Program-made: the position numbers and the translations under genes
Shown: in pieces, positions 37,076 to 64,000 of the stretch
Layout: every line of letters starts with the position of its first letter
Numbering within the stretch: the stretch's first letter is position 1
Assembly (NCBI GenBank): GCA_963716255.1
Contig: OY970303.1
Coordinates: forward strand, 6,912,001-6,976,000
Length of the DNA stretch: 64,000 nt
Reading direction: 5' to 3'
From: an uncultured Gemmatimonadales bacterium
Lineage (GTDB): Bacteria; Gemmatimonadota; Gemmatimonadetes; Longimicrobiales; Longimicrobiaceae
The notes under the pieces: model-generated
What the model was told of the DNA's origin: nothing
The model's database searches: none
Seen by the model: only the letters and a program-made list of their open reading frames with translations

Positions 37076-37809
37076 AGGTCCGGACGCTGGTCGTGGACGA
37101 CGAGCCGGTCGCGCGCGCCGGCCTCCGCGCGATGCTGGCGGCGTTCGACTGGGTGGAGGTGGTGGGCGAGGCGGCCGACGGGGTGGCGGCGGTCGAGGCG
37201 ATCGACCGCCTGCGGCCGGAGCTGGTCTTCCTGGACGTGCAGATGCCGGGGCTGCCGGGCACCGACGTCCTGCGGCGCGTGGAGCGGCAGCCGCTCGTCG
37301 TCATCACCACGGCGTACTCGCAGCACGCGGTGAGTGCGTTCGAGCTGGGCGCGGTGGACTACCTGCTGAAGCCGTTCGGCCCCGCCCGCCTGGCCGCGGC
37401 GATGGAGCGCATCCGCGCGGGCATCGGCGAGCCGGCCGGCGTCGGCGCGCTCGAGCGGCTGAGCGGCGCGCTGGCCGGCGGGCCCATCAGCCGCCTGTTC
37501 GTCCGGACGGGAGGCAGCCTGGTCCCGCTGCCGGTCGCGGAGGTCTGGTGGTTCGAGGCCGACGGCGACTACCTGACCGCCCACACCGGGCGGGCGCGCC
37601 ACGTGCTGCACCTGGCGCTCGGCCGCCTGGAGGCGCGGCTCGATCCCCGGCGCTTCGTGCGCGTGCACCGCGCGCACATCGTGAACCTGGACCACGTCCA
37701 GGCGTTCAGGCGCGACCTTCGGGGGAACCTTGAAGCCGAGCTGGCCGACGGGCGGCGGGTGCCGGTCAGCCGCGCCCGTGCGCAGGAGCTAAGGAGCCTG
37801 GGCCTTTGA
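37072..37809 (+). CDS. LytTR-family response regulator
   Basis: VVDDEP, FLDVQMPG, AVDYLLKP, FVRVHRAHIVN, PVSR; GTGA overlap. Confidence 0.95.
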   Translation: MKVRTLVVDDEPVARAGLRAMLAAFDWVEVVGEAADGVAAVEAIDRLRPELVFLDVQMPGLPGTDVLRRVERQPLVVITTAYSQHAVSAFELGAVDYLLKPFGPARLAAAMERIRAGIGEPAGVGALERLSGALAGGPISRLFVRTGGSLVPLPVAEVWWFEADGDYLTAHTGRARHVLHLALGRLEARLDPRRFVRVHRAHIVNLDHVQAFRRDLRGNLEAELADGRRVPVSRARAQELRSLGL

Positions 37810-37853
37810 TGTCGGATCCGGATCTGGTCGGGACGGGCTGGTACGGCGGGTTT

Positions 37854-38007
37854 GGGCGTGCCCCCGGCGGGCGCCGGGGTCGGGCTTCGGCTCCGTAAGC
37901 CCGCAAACAACGCGGGCTAACGGAGTCGAGCCCCGGCGGAAACGGCCCCGCCGGGTCTCGTCCCTTCGGGCCGAAATCCCTCACGCGGGGTGGGCGCTGG
38001 CGTCCGC
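37854..38007 (+). ncRNA. Structured dispersed repeat copy 5
   Basis: Same termini; central stem AGCCCGC-AAACAAC-GCGGGCT. Confidence 0.7.
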
Positions 38008-38012
38008 AGGTT

Positions 38013-38072
38013 TGGGCCCCCTCACCCCCCGGCCCCCTCTCCCCCGCAAGCGGGGGAAAGGGGGAGAACTGC
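38013..38072 (+). repeat. REP-like palindromic element (single hairpin unit)
   Basis: CCCCCTCACCCCCCGGCCCCCTCTCCCCCGCAAGCGGGGGAAAGGGGGAGAAC. Confidence 0.75.
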
Positions 38073-38408
38073 ACGGCATGGTCGACTTCAGCGTCTTGCG
38101 CAGGATGCAGAGAGCCTGATTCTCAAGGTATTCCCCGTGACCGGGGGCGCTGGAGCGGCGAGGGAGGCCGGCGGGAGTGCGGCGAAGCACGTCGGGCGGA
38201 TGGCGGGCTCTCCCTGCCGTGCCACGGCTTGAATGGTCGGCGCCAGCGGGTTAAGCTTGGGGTCGCATATAAACAGACAGCGGTTGAGTGAGCACGGACG
38301 GCGGGTGTGGCCCCGCGAGGGTTCTCCCTCGCCGCGGACTCGGTCGCCCTCCGCGAAGGAGCCGTGCTCGCGCCCGCAAGCTCTCGCAATTCCCGGCCTT
38401 CGCACCCG

Positions 38409-64000
<25,592 letters not shown>

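Noticed and set aside
6520..38072. Repeats as CRISPR array, tRNA or IS element
   Set aside because: The copies are dispersed, >100 nt, with no spacers or cas genes, no cloverleaf/T-loop consensus, and no transposase or terminal inverted repeats with target duplication.

Overview
Very GC-rich bacterial DNA devoted almost entirely to secondary metabolism. A Gemmatimonadota/Longimicrobium-like host is inferred from composition and repeat style only. (1) 1-31.3 kb is the downstream part of an enediyne-type gene cluster. It holds the 3' end of a PksE-like iterative PKS (DH C-terminus + PPTase), an AhpD-like protein, an SgcE10-like hot-dog thioesterase, a DyP peroxidase, SRPBCC and AraC genes, and a JAB/M67 protease with a ThiS/MoaD sulfur carrier whose di-Gly is masked. 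A long tailoring operon follows: FAD oxidoreductases, a methyltransferase-PLP fusion, a PIG-L deacetylase, an SDR, a SnoaL protein and five paralogous VOC genes. Further on are an A-T-R NRPS-like gene with a DUF6875-like partner, an O-methyltransferase, and an acyl-CoA ligase plus two-domain class III CoA-transferase pair resembling thiocarboxylate (thioacid) cassettes. (2) 31.4-37.8 kb holds an ABC ATPase and a permease-M1 peptidase fusion, divergent from a LytS/LytTR two-component system. (3) 38.4 kb to the window end is one open >8,500-aa FAAL-NRPS-PKS gene that is absent from the ORF track because it has no stop in the window. Non-coding features are five copies of a ~130-150 nt covarying structured repeat (Flavo-1-like termini) and a companion REP-like palindrome, which also sits in-frame inside NRPS adenylation domains. 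All assignments come from motif reading by eye; no searches were run.
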